Positions 52,131 to 64,000 of a stretch of DNA of 64,000 bases are shown here, in pieces; within the stretch, counting starts at the first letter, position 1; every line of letters starts with the position of its first letter. The notes beneath the pieces were generated by a model. That model saw only the letters and a list, made by a program, of their open reading frames with translations, was not told the DNA's origin and did not search any database. The translations under genes were made by a program, and so were the position numbers. The DNA is from Octopus vulgaris. Its lineage: Eukaryota. The stretch lies in contig OX597819.1 in NCBI GenBank assembly GCA_951406725.2, positions 72,788,001-72,852,000 on the forward strand, read 5' to 3'.

Positions 52131-53879
52131 TAATAATAATATTAATAATAATAATATTATTATTACAACAAACATAGTGTTATTGCCATTATCAGTATTT
52201 CTTCATATGTTTTATTTGACATTAAGAATAAAGAGAAAATATACACATTCATCCCATAGACTGGTATGACAAAGTCATACTACCATTCTTACTGACTTCA
52301 ATGAAGAAGAAAAGCAGGAATTGTGATTTTCTGACTTTTTCAGACAGAAACTGAAATAAGCCCATCGTGTGTGTGTGTGCATACGCGCGCACATGTGCCA
52401 TGTAAGTAGCATACAGTACATTGTAAAGTGGCTGGCATTAAGAAGGGCATCAAGCCATAGAAACCATGCAAAAAAACAGCAAGTGGAGCTTGGTACTGCC
52501 CCCCAGCTTGTCAGCTCCTGTCAAACTGTCCAACCCACACCAGCATGGAAAATGGACATTGAATTATGATATTTATATACATGCACATACGTATGCGCAC
52601 GTACATATGTGCATGCATGTGTGAATCCTTGTGTCCAAGTCATGACATTATGCAATAGCTGGAAATAAACAACTTATGAATATGTCATTCATTTCTTCTC
52701 TTCCATGAAAACATGTCCAGCCATAGAAGAATTATCACTTGGAAACCAGTGAGGGCTGGTGAGGGGGTAAGGCATTTGACCATAGAAGATGTACCTCAAC
52801 AAATTCCATCTGACCCATGCAACAAGAGAGATGCAAGTCAAAAACCAATCTAAGAGGTACCAAAGACTACCATTTCATTTTCAACAGAGTTTCTATACTG
52901 ACTAATTTCCTGCTGTTAAATTAGATGGGTGCAGCTGTGGCATTAATGCTTTTACCCAAGAGCATTATACTAATTCATATGCTATATACATTATGGCACA
53001 CCCACAAGGGAACTGGTTTTGGTACCAGCAGTAGGAACAGTAGAGAATGGTGATGCCTGTAGTAGCAGCAACAGTGGAACCACCACCATTGTCGATGTGT
53101 TTGTAAACATGCCAAGAACCGCCCCCCCCCCCTCTAATGTCATGTATGCAAAGAAAGTTTGAGAAGGAAAGAAAATTATATTGGTCAAGAAATGATGGAA
53201 TTTCAACAAGGAGATTATTTATCTGTTGCCAATTTTTCTTTTAACGTTATTTGCAAGAATTACATACAGAGAGAATATAATTAGGAGATAGAAAATGAAA
53301 AACAAAAAAAAAGTCTCTATTGTAGTTATTTAACCCCCAGATCAACGTTCATTGAGCAGATCTATCTATGATCAAACCATTCCAGCCATGACAATCCTCT
53401 CTTTATTCAGACAGGATCTGTAGGAATACATTTTGTCTACTTTTCCTCCCAGTTACCTTCATTAAAGACTGTAAGAGTGTGATCTGAAGCAGATTTGGTT
53501 ACTATTTCTAACATATCAAATAGATACGTAGAGGTGCCCTTGGCTCTGAAGCCTGTTTGAGTATTCATTTTATTTTATTTTGCCATTCTTCAAGTGGAAT
53601 GGAAAACAAATCATAGTGACTCTCTCTCTCTCTCTCCCTCCCTAAGACCTGTTCAAATACAATTTCAACTGATCAAAACAGAGAATTCACGTATATAGAG
53701 TACAGTAAGGTTTCAGGCATGTAATGTAGTAAGGTGGAAACTGGGATTATTTGTGAATTTCACAGACAAAAAGATCCTTTGGAGGTATTAAAATAAAAAA
53801 AACTGAAATACTCTTTCACTAGTTTCCGCTCGAGTGCTGCAGCCACACTGCAGCAACACTGTGAAACTTCTGATATGTG

Positions 53880-54170
53880 GCATTTGGTGTATGGAGGCAG
53901 TTTGATGTTGCTACCCTCATTTGCCTTTCCTGCTGCAAGACAGGTTGATCTGGAACTCATGACAGAGGGACATCCAGTTTCGTTTTGATGAGGCACCTAC
54001 ACCAACTCTGTGTTGATCTCTCAGGCTTTTCAAGGGGATATTGAAGAGCTGTGGGCCTTTGAAACTTAAGCTGTTACAATATCTGGTCCTGTATTCTGAT
54101 GGCGATGTTGGGATCTTTAACACTGCAGTGGTGTTTGTGTAACTTTCAATGTCAAAATTTGCTACAGGCA
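53880..54170 (-). pseudogene. CR1/L2-group LINE ORF2 C-terminal remnant
   Basis: ANFDIESYTN...KIPTSPSEYRTRYCNSLSFKGPQLFNIPLKSLRD..., frameshifted into a KLD..L..VPD.P-like segment. Confidence 0.7.
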
Positions 54171-55111
54171 TATCTTTCCTGCCTTCATTCTTGGAAGAAG
54201 AGTCTTAACTTATACAGACTTTCCTGACCAGCTGACCTGTAGCTTCACTGGATTGTTTTGAGATCCACAGTTACTTTAACACTGTATGGTGACCATAGTT
54301 GAGAGCAATTAATTGAAATTTTTTTGAAAATATAGAAAATGCAGTAGGTAAGAACCAATGAATATGTTTCAGTCATAATTTACACCTCTTCAATGAGGTA
54401 TATTCTGCACAAATGGCAAAACAATAGAGAGAAGGTAAGCTTGGTTGCTTAGTCAAGAAGGGATTTAAATTTAGGAACTCCCACCAGGTTTCACCTTGTC
54501 TTGGTGATGATGATTGTCAATGATAATTGATGATTTACCTGGTGTTTGTGTAAACAAACTTGCAAGGGAGGAGGAAGTAAAAAGAAAACAGATAAGTTGG
54601 GGACAAAAACATTATCATTGAAAAATAAAGGTATTTAAAAAATTTGTTGACCTTCAAAATGAATAAAATTTTCAAGAAAACCATGATAATTGATATGTGA
54701 AGAAGCTGTACAAAAGGAAAAGACCTTTAGTCCTCCTATAAAATATTGTTTATATTCTGTGTAACTTTTATGTTATTGTTTCTGAAGTTGCTCAGATGTT
54801 TCTACAACTACCTTTCAACAAAACCAGAACAAACAATACAGTTCTATATTTAAGAGATGAGGAATACTCTACATTATTTACATTTGACAGATATTTGTCC
54901 TCATCTTGTTTGTTGTTAACACAACGTTCCTGCTGATATACCCTCCAGCCTTCATCAGGTATCTTGGGGAAATTTCGAACCTGGGTTCTCATTCCTAAGG
55001 TATTTTCGATGTTACTAATAGTATTATTATTATTCAAGTCACTGCCTGAAATCGAACTCGAAATCTAGGGGTTAGTAGCATGCGCTCTTAACCACTATGC
55101 CATATGCTCAT

Positions 55112-55185
55112 GGGCATATGGCATAGTGGTTAAGAGTGCAGGCTACTAACCCTGAGATTGTGAGTTTGATTCCAAGCAGTGACCT
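55112..55185 (+). promoter_or_regulatory. tRNA-derived internal Pol III promoter (mirror copy at 55036-55109, minus)
   Basis: A box TGGCATAGTGG 55119-55129; B box GAGTTTGATTCC here and GAGTTCGATTTC in the mirror arm; anticodon-like arm GG(G)-CTACTAA-CCC. Confidence 0.7.
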
Positions 55186-55255
55186 GAACAACATCAACAT
55201 CAACAACATTGAAAAATACCTTAGGAATGAGAACCCAGATTCAAAATGTCCCCAA

Positions 55256-55297
55256 GACACCTGATGAAAGCTGGATGGTATATCAGCCGAAACGTTA
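55256..55297 (+). ncRNA. PLE-type minimal hammerhead motif
   Basis: GACAC-CTGATGA-A-AGCTG..CAGCC-GAAA-CGTT; both catalytic boxes intact but the 3' strand of stem I is lost to a deletion. Confidence 0.6.
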
Positions 55298-55358
55298 CGT
55301 ATCCGTGAAATGTAAATAAGGTACAAAACAAACAAAACCTAATGGAATGGTCATTTAT

Positions 55359-55568
55359 TTAAACCTTTTCATAACCTTGAAATGCACTGTCATTTTAATT
55401 TAGAAAATAATGAAGAATTTAGTATAATAACTCTATTATTATTAATTGGAACATGAATTAACATGACATTTTGATGGAAGTTTTTAATTTAGATCCTTTA
55501 AAATAGGCAGTTTGTATCATAGAACCAGTGGGGGAGGGGGCTCAGGTGGGTTGGTATTAAAAGTGGTA
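55359..55568. mobile_element. piggyBac-type MITE family B
   Basis: Shared body gaagaatttagtataataac...gggttggtattaaaag. Confidence 0.7.
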
Positions 55569-56924
55569 AACTTTACACAATCCAATAGATTGAAATGAAA
55601 GCAGTTGAAGACACTGCAGCTAAAAAGCACTCAATTCAAATTGGTTGCAGTGTGACTTATGTACTTTTGAAACTCAAATCTCAAACTGTTGCTTTCACCA
55701 ACACCATCATCATCATGATTACTTCCATTTCTACCTGGTAAATTGGCTGAATATCAAAGTAAAAAAGATGTAATTTTTCTTTCTTTCTAAAATTATATAT
55801 TTTTGTGTAAAGACATTTTTGTCTTATGTTGACCTCTATGGCAGTAATCCAGCATGGTCTCAAAGGTTTAGTGAAAATTAACTGAAGAGATTTACAAACA
55901 AGGCATCATTATCACCATCATTTTACATCCACCTTCCATGGGCCATTACATGGGCCATTACAGTCTAAGTTAGTTCCTATTTGAAATTGCTTCCCTTCCT
56001 GGGCCTCGGCCTAGGCTAAGATCAATATCAAAGTCTGGACCAATATTGTTTGTTGGTTCCACTTTTTGCAGGATTGAGTGCTACCCTTAAACATCAAACA
56101 CTTTACAGAGAGTACTTCATCAGGGCACCAGCATAAAAGGGGTTGTGTACTCAGCAAGACTAAAGAGTCTCCTCTAGTCTATGTTGTCTCCTTTCACTCA
56201 CCAAACACTTTACAGAATGTACTTAATACATTTTATCAGCATATTAGCACAAGGCCTTTACTCTCTCTCTCCCCCCCTCTCTCGCTATCACTGTTTCTGT
56301 TCATTTAAAGCAATGTGAACTAGATGAGTGACAGAGTGTGAGAGAGAGATAAGCAAGAGGAGAGTGTAAAATAGGCAGCTACATTTTGGTTGTTGTTGAG
56401 GAGATTGGATAGAAAACAGGAGTGGTACTGAGTGGGGGAGGGGCATAGAATGATAGGAAGGAGACAGGCTGTGAGAGTGTAGGATAGTCATAAGGATGAG
56501 TGATGAATAAGAGAAGAAGTGATGGACAGCTATAAAGATCAGTACCAAAGAGAAGGAGTAGAGAAAGAAAGAGAAAGGGGGGAAGGGTGTTGGTGGAGGA
56601 GTGAATACAGATAAATCTGATGCCATTCCTTGTTTTACACACACAGCATGATGGGGGGGGGGAATGATAAAGGGGTGATGGCAGGGAAACTGAATAGGGA
56701 CAATTCACTCCCAGCTACCACCACCTTCAACTTAATGTCCAGTTTGCCATGCATGAGTAGATCTAATAAGATTCTAAGAGCAATATTACTGTACAATAAT
56801 TAAGATGAAATTCCCATTCACAATAATTTATGCAAGAAGGTTAATTTTCCTTCCATGAAACAAATATGAACTATTATTATTATTATTATTATTATTATAG
56901 CTATTATTATTACCATCATCAGTG

Positions 56925-57305
56925 AATGGCAAAAGCATTAGCATGCCAGGGAAAAGGCTTCACAGCATTTTGTGCATCTTCACGTTCTGATTTCAAATTC
57001 TGCGAAGTCAACTTTGCTTTTCATCCTTTCGGGGTTGATAAAATAAGTACCAGTTGGGGTCAATGTAATCAACTTATCTCCTCCTCCAAAACTGCTGGCC
57101 TTGTGCTTAAGTTATTACTGAGGCAGCAAGTTGGCAGAACCGTAAGCATGCCAGGCAAAATGCTTAGGAGCATTTCATCCGTCTTTACATTCTGAGTTCA
57201 AATTCTGCCAATGTCAACTTTGCTTTCATCATTTCAGGGTCGATAAATTAAGTACTAGTCAAATATTGGGGTCGATGTGATCAACTATCCTTGTGCTCAT
57301 AGAAG
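56925..57305 (+). mobile_element. Two tandem SINE family B copies
   Basis: gtcaactttgcttttcatcctttcggggttgataaaataagtaccag, repeated. Confidence 0.8.
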
Positions 57306-57391
57306 GATTATTGTTGTTATTATTATTACCCTTTTCCTGCATCTATTTCACACAGGCATAAACTGGATGGAGTAAGAGATACGGGGGGAGG

Positions 57392-58090
57392 GGATGACTG
57401 TGTAGTAAAATGCTTGCTCCCAGCCACATGGTTCTGGGTTCAGTTCTACTGCGTGACATCTTGGGCAAGTGCCTTCTACTGTAGCTTCAGGTCAACCAAA
57501 GTATTGTAAGTAGATTTGGTTGACAAAAATAGAAAGAAGCCTATTATATTTGTGTGTGTGTGTGTGTGTGTATGCATGCATGCGCGCGCACATGTGTACC
57601 TAACCACCATTTGACAACCAGTGTTGGTGTATTTAGGTCCCTGTAACTTAGCAGAGACTCATAGTATAAGTACCAGGCTTAAAAAGTAAAAAAGGTACTG
57701 AGGTTGATTCCTTCTTCAAGGCAGTGCTCCAGCAAGGTCATAGAAACATGTAAAAGATAGGGTAAAGACCTCCTCTGGTCATGAATGACAATGGGATTGC
57801 ACTTAGAAAGTTACCCTCCAAGGCACAAGTTTGGACAAGGTTGTTTATAGAAAACCAGCAGTCACCCATGCATACCAGCCTCTCCTCTCCATGCCACCGA
57901 TGTTATCCAAGGAAAAGGCAAAGGGGCCGATAAAGCATAGCACCAGTGACATCACAACTAATTTCTACAACTGAGTGAACTGGAGCAACATGAAATAAAG
58001 TGTCTTGCTCAAGAACACAATACACAACCTGGTCCTGGAATCGAACTCACAACCTCATGATGCTCTCACCACTGAGCCATGCACCATCAC
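57392..58090. mobile_element. SINE A (plus, about 57392-57760) abutting an OK-type-like SINE (minus, about 57760-58090)
   Basis: ccacatggttctgggttcag head; gtgaactggagcaacatgaaataaagtgtcttgctcaagaacac...ggaatcgaactcac reverse head. Confidence 0.8.
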
Positions 58091-58503
58091 TCAAGATAAA
58101 AGATATTATAAAGCCTTGTAAATTCTTTTAGATACTGACTTTGATTATTTAGTGAAAAAAATTTAAAACAAACAAAAAAAAATCAATTTTCTCTCTCTCT
58201 CTTTTTAAGAGAAGAGAATACTTGAATTCTCTTTAAAAAAAGAAAATTTATTACGTTTGCCTAATTTTGCAGCTAGTAAGATTGGAATTCACTTCCTGTT
58301 TATACCTGGCAGGCAATCTACATTGACATTTAATAGATTTTCTTTACTTGGAAAATAAAGACTATTTAAACAAGTCCTTAACATTTAAAATGGTAAGCAT
58401 TGTGTAGAAAAATTCATAGCACTGATCCCTATCACCAATATAAAGTCAGAGAGAGGAATGTGCAGTTAGAAGTTTTCATATTGGAAATACATTATTATGC
58501 ATG

Positions 58504-58677
58504 TAGGCGTAGTGATGTGGATGAGAAACCTACTTTCCAACTACATGGTTTGGGGTTCAGTTCCACCGTATGATATATTAGATAAGTGTTTTCTATCAAA
58601 GCATCAGGCTAGCCAAAACCTTGGGAGTGGATTTGGTAAAAGCAAACTGGAAGCCCATATTGCATGGGGCGTGTGTA

Positions 58678-58709
<32 letters not shown>

Positions 58710-58958
58710 TGTATTTGATTGTGTGTGTGTGTGTGTGCACGTGCATATAAGTTAGCATCACTTTGCCTTGACATCATGTAACAGTTGTAAATGAGTGTCA
58801 ATATCATACAAGCAGTGTCCTTCATTTCCACTCTTTGGTGAACAGATGCCTGGCCATGGGGAAATATTTTCTTACTTGGAAAAAAGTAAAGGTCAGTAAA
58901 CAGGAAAAGTATCTGACCACTGAAAGATTTGCTTCAACAAATTCTGTCCAACCCATGT
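58504..58958 (+). mobile_element. SINE family A copy
   Basis: acatggtttggggttcagttccacc...gagtggatttggt; central (GT)n. Confidence 0.75.
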
Positions 58959-59499
58959 GATTGTTATAGCATTATTAAGAGAAGATAGAAAAAAAGGCTG
59001 GAAGGTGAAATGAGTTACTAATCATCGTTACTGTAAATATAGTAGCAATGTAACAAATATTATAAAATAACATTGTTTCATACAATTTCAAGATAAATAT
59101 GGAACAGCACAAAAACTGAACAAGCAATATTTGTTTTTGTTGAGCATTAAAAAAAAACACTACAGAAAATATTTTTTTAAAAAACATGCTAAAAAGCAAA
59201 ACTACAATATTTTAGCTTATTACTTGCCATGCAAATTTGTTGAACAGATGTTTATTTTTGTAGTTTAATTAGGTATTTTTAGAGAGAGAAATAACTCTTA
59301 TTTTAGATTCCATACTGACAATATAATGGTAAAAAAAAAAGTTTGGTATGGTCAGGATAGTTTTAGCCCTATTTCAACAACAAAAGATACAAACCATAAG
59401 CATTAGAATATTTAACACAGTAATTATTATTTGTTGATTAATATAAGTTTAATGACTTTTTAAGACTATCTCTAAAATAAATATTAACCCTGCGTCGTG

Positions 59500-60124
59500 C
59501 TCAAACAGTGGAGGGAACCTGTGGAAGACGTGGGATGAGGTGGTGAAGCACAATCTTCAAATGTTGGGCCTTACAGAAGCAATGGCAAGTGACCAAGAGC
59601 TTTGGAGATATGCTGTGCTTGAGAAGACCCGCCAAGCCAAGTGAGATTGTAGTCGTGGCTGATGCCAGTGTCACATAGCTGGCCTGTTAAAAGCACCCTT
59701 GAATCATTGGGCAATATACTGTACTTGTGAAGATCTCTTAAACCAAGTGAAATTGGAGTTATGGCTGATACCAGTGCCATCTGACTGGCACGTAAAAAGC
59801 ACCATTCAAGCATTGGGCCTCTGGGAGGCAGTGACAGGTGACCAAGACTCTTGGCGATATATCATGTTTGTGCTTACCTGTCAAGCCAAACATGTCATGA
59901 CCGTTGCTGGTGTCAGGCCAATGGCACCCATGCCGGCAGCACGTAAAAAGCACCCACTACACTCTCAGAGTGGCAGACATTAGGAAGGGCATCCAGCCAT
60001 AGAAATCTTGTCAAATCAGATTGGAACCTAGTGCAGCCCCTCTGCTTACCAGTTTTCAGTAAAACCATCCAATCCATGCCAGCATGGAAAGCAGACATTA
60101 AATAATGATGATGATGATGATGAT
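59500..60124 (+). mobile_element. RTE-clade LINE 3' end
   Basis: gtggagggaacctgtggaagacgtgggatgaggtggtgaagcac (VEGTCG..TWDEVVKH), repetitive 3' UTR, (ATG)n; same family as 43400-44130 in opposite orientation. Confidence 0.85.
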
Positions 60125-60459
60125 TTTTATACTATGATTACTACTACTGCTGCTGCTGCTGCTGCCACCACCACGCCTGCTACTAGTGACAATAATTTTA
60201 GCAAGTAATAACAAAAATTATTGTAGCTTGAGCTAATGACTACTGCTGAAGGTTGGGTTAAATGCACTTCTGGCTTTATCAAATACACATCTCTGGGTGT
60301 TACTAATCTCACAGGGTAAATGTCACCACAGAGGACTCCCTAAAGATTGTCTTATTTGTGTCTGTTTTTATTCCTAATAAAATAAATAAATAAATGCCAG
60401 ACTTTGTTATTGAATGATTCTACCATTTCTGTTGCTAGCTAAAAGCAAGCAACAAGAAC

Positions 60460-60975
60460 TAAAACCACCCCACCAGAGACTGCCCTAGTTCTAGCTATGA
60501 TGCAAATTCCCTATTTTAAAGTCCTCTAAATTAAAATCTACCATCAAAACTTTATGTTAGTTTGTGTTTCAAAACACCAGCTTAATAATGACACATTCAT
60601 TGAATAATTTACTTTCAAAATTAACTGAAACAAAAGCAGTGATTTTAGCAGAAACATGGCAGACAATTTTATAACATTTCCTTCAACTATTTTTTTCTTT
60701 TCAATATATGCCAACTTTAGATAGATGCTTCTTCAAATTGAAGCATTTCTAGCTAGTGTTTAACATTTTTGTTACCACATTTCTTTTTAAAAAAACAATG
60801 CCTTAGCTTCAAATGATTTTGGAAAAAATAAAGAATTTAGTAAATAACTTTGTCATTATCCAGCTGATGTTTGGAATATAAATTAAAATGAAATCTGAAA
60901 ACAAGGTTTTAATTTGGATCACTTTAAAACAAGAAATTTGTATTATAGGACCAGAGATGGTTTCAAAAGGGTTAA
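60460..60975. mobile_element. Two MITE-B copies in opposite orientation
   Basis: About 60460-60670 reverse; 60760-60975 TTAA-bounded. Confidence 0.7.
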
Positions 60976-61186
60976 TTGTCAAATGATTCAATAATCAGAA
61001 TGATTCCCCCACTTCCTAGGCTGCATCACATAAATAGAATCAAGGGCATTGTTTAAGGACACAATGATAGCCACATGAGTCATCTCAAGAAAAATTCCAG
61101 CCCTTCTTTTTTTATAACCATAAAAGGTGACAAAAGTCAAATTTACCATTATTTTGCCTTTTTTCCCACTATTTTTTTCTATAAAT

Positions 61187-61545
61187 AGGCACAGGCATAG
61201 CTGTGTGGTAAGAAGCTTGCTTCCTAACCACATGGTTCTGGGGTCAGTCCCTTTGTGTAGCACCCTGGGCAAGTGTCTTGGCAGTGGATTTGGTAGGTGA
61301 AAACTGAAAGAAAGCCCTTCATATGTATGCGTATGTCTTTGTGTCTGTGTTTGAGCCCCACCATCACTTGACAACCAGTGTTGGTTTGTTTACATCTCCA
61401 TAACCTAGCAGTTTGGCAAAAAAAAAAAAAACCCCTGATAGAATAAGTACCAGGCTTAAAAAATAAGTACTGAGGTCAATCCATTTGACTAAACATTCAA
61501 GGTGGTGCCCCAGCACGGCCACAGTCTAATGACTGAAACAAGTGA
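61187..61545 (+). mobile_element. SINE family A copy
   Basis: ggcacaggcatagctgtgtggtaagaagcttgcttcctaaccacatggttc...ccccagcacggccacagtctaatgactgaaac. Confidence 0.85.
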
Positions 61546-61916
61546 AAAACTAAACCGATTTAACAATTGAGAACAATCTGAATACTTCTGACTGATAATA
61601 ATTCAATAATTTCAGTTTCTTTTTTTTTTTCCTGTCTATTTTCTAAATATATAAATACGTATTCTACATGGAAGAATTTGTCTGGAAATGTTCTGCTAAA
61701 TTCTGGCAAATTACAAAACTGAAATAAAAACAATGAAGGTAACCATAACAACATAATATTCCACATGTCACTCAATTTAAAGAAAAAACTAACAAAAACT
61801 GCCATTCCCAAACATTTAAAATTCAGTATTGTTAACAAGAAGAGAAAAAAATCTCTAAGCAGAAATCAAGAAATTCTAACACTAAGATCAGAAAACAAAG
61901 AATGGAGCAGTCTTTT

Positions 61917-62286
61917 TGCCATTGGATTGTGGCCATACTGGGGCATCACCTTGAAGGGTTTTAACTGAACAAACTGACTCCAGTTCTGACTTTAAGCTTT
62001 GTAATTACTCTATTGTTTCCTTTGCCAAACCATTAAGCTACAGGGACATAAACAAACCAACACCCATTGTCCACCAATGGGATAAGGGGTAAACATCAAG
62101 ATACACAAACACACCCTATACGTACAACAGGTTTCTACACAGTTTCTATCCATTAGAATCACTCATAAGTATTGTTTGGTCCAGGGCTATAGAAGACACT
62201 TGCCTGTGGTGCTGTACAATGAGATTGAACCTGAATCCACATAATTAAGAAGCAAACTTCTTACCCTCACAGCTACATCTGCACCT
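61917..62286 (-). mobile_element. SINE family A copy (inverted relative to 61187)
   Basis: gtggccatactggggcatcacc...agaagacacttgcc...gcaaacttcttaccc. Confidence 0.75.
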
Positions 62287-62292
62287 ATATCG

Positions 62293-62490
62293 GTAACTAC
62301 CTCAAACAGAACAGAATTGCAAAGGCACAAAGAAGACGCGAACTACACAAGTCCAGAGCCAACCCCTTGTCTTAAATCCCAACACAACACCAGTACCCCA
62401 TCTGCAGCAGAGCCTCCCAAGCATGCATTGGACTGATTGGCCACAGCCAGACACACAATGCCCAGTCATCTTCTGCTATGTGATGTCATT
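62293..62490 (+). pseudogene. RTE-BovB-type LINE ORF C-terminal remnant
   Basis: Reads NYLKQNRIAKAQRRRELHKSRA and QHQYPICSRASQACIGLIGHSQTH, matching the RTE terminal CxxCxRxFxAxIGLxxHxRTH zinc knuckle. Confidence 0.7.
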
Positions 62491-63616
62491 GATCATCACT
62501 AACAACAAACTAATAATAACTACTTTAAATCAATCACCAAACAAGGAGACATTTGTTTTTCTATATCACCTTGTGTCATTCATTCTCACCCAATTTCTGA
62601 ATTGCAGTAAACTCTTATATGCAACAATCAATACCTCTCTCGACCAAATCAGTCTCACCACATGCATGCACGTGCACTCGCGCACACAGACACACACACC
62701 ATTTTACAAACTCCCACAAAATATACTTTCACTATCAATTTACGACATTGATAATTGGCTGATAACAAGCATTTGGAACATTAAAAAGCTGTAAATAACA
62801 GCTAATAATTAGTTTTAATATTCAAATAACCATGAACTTAAGTTATATACTTAACTCAGTCCAATAAAATTACATTAAAAAATTGTCTCCTACAACAAGA
62901 ATTAGCCGAGAGCCATGTTTTGCAAAAATTACAAAGTAACCATTATGCACACCATTATTACACCAGTGACATGGTTAAGTTGCTTCATTTTCTTTTTTTC
63001 TTTAATTAATTATTTGTTCAACTCGTATAATTAAAATTAATTAACCGAGTCTCAACGACCAAAATATTTTGCCACATTGTCTATTATTACTTGACTCAAA
63101 AACAGATTCTCTAAGTGGATTTATTATATTTTTACGTACATCAAATGAGAAGAACAGATAACACAAAAGATTAGTGATATGTTTAAATGTTTCTATTGTT
63201 CAGTTAGTTTTTCTAGCAAAAATAAAACAATGTCAGTGCATACTAACACACACACACGTGAAGAATGCATGTTATTTGATTTGTCACCCATATGTTGTTG
63301 TGGAACAAATGTAATTCCAACAACTTTATTCACCACTTATTATTTATACTCCACAACTTGAAGGTTTTCAGTTAGTATGAAAGTGTTTTTGCTTCATACA
63401 CATTCAGATAGCCAATGCTTGCAAGAATGCTGTCTCAGGTAACTACCTAAATTTCTGAATCCTTTCTCACCTATTTTCTCTCTCTCTCTGCATGCATAGG
63501 TACAGGATATCTCAGTAATTTGGGAACAAAACATTTTAAGAACCATAAGTGGCCCAAACGTTAAATATCCTCTCTTTTTTATTTTTATTAAAAACAATTT
63601 TTTTTTCAGCCCCAAC

Positions 63617-64000
63617 ATGGAAGGGTCAAATCTTAATGCAGATGACAAAATATAACATTTTCATCACCTTAGTTGGTATTCTGAGATTGCAACCTTCTTA
63701 AATGTCACCAGGTCCTTTGTGTTTAAGATTAGAAAAGAGCTTCTGACCTTTGGCAGGAATATGTCTTTTGTGACCAAAAGGAAAAAGCATTCACAACAGT
63801 CAGACATCATCAGAAGATTCAAGGGCATCATCAATGAGAATCCTAGCAAGCCAATCAGGACCACTACCAATCATTTCTATGTAACAGAGTCAACAATTAG
63901 ACATGTGGTGCACAGAGATCAGGCACAAATCTCTTATTAAGAAAAGGGGGAAGTTCATATCCAATAAGACTTGGGATAACTATGTGACCTAGTCAAAGCA
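63617..64000 (+). pseudogene. Tc1/mariner-superfamily (maT/DD37D-like) transposase N-terminal remnant, runs off the window
   Basis: SEIATFLNVTRSFVFKIRKELL...KRKKHSQQSDIIR...IINENPSKPIR...VTESTIRHVVHRD shows the twin-HTH pattern; stops and frameshifts present. Confidence 0.7.

Larger units (their letters stand above)
54837..55323. mobile_element. Head-to-head palindromic tRNA-headed, hammerhead-carrying retroelement (copy 2)
   Basis: Symmetry axis 55110/55111 (CATATGCTCA|TGGGCATATG); arms are reverse complements out to about 54925 and 55296; possible TSD AACAAACAA (54828-54836, 55327-55335). Confidence 0.85.

Noticed and set aside
55112-55185. Genuine tRNA-Ser(ACT) gene
   Set aside because: The acceptor stem does not pair, there is no long variable arm or oligo-T terminator, and it is embedded in a repeat; treated as a SINE-type head

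Overview
This is AT-rich, repeat-saturated animal DNA. The SINE families, TTAA-flanked MITEs and microsatellite load look like Octopus/cephalopod sequence (inference, not checked against a database). Only one confident coding exon is present: a 105-bp phase 1-1 internal exon on the minus strand (46588-46692) encoding the N-terminal zinc-finger region of an ataxin-7 family (SAGA deubiquitinase module) protein, so most of the window is probably giant intron. The rest comprises tRNA-derived SINEs, RTE and CR1-type LINE 3' remnants, DNA-transposon derivatives (piggyBac-type, hAT, Tc1/mariner, Merlin-like), microsatellites, and a CpG-retaining, triplet-repeat-rich block (about 2.3-5.8 kb) that looks like a promoter/5' UTR. 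The most unusual structure occurs twice (45156-45663 and 54837-55323): a spacerless head-to-head palindromic element. Each arm has a tRNA-like Pol III promoter head, a triplet-repeat linker and a Penelope-type minimal hammerhead ribozyme. A second, unrelated hammerhead lies at 6992-7026. Almost all ORFs in the supplied track are microsatellite or TE artefacts. Repeat boundaries are approximate unless a TSD or TIR is quoted.
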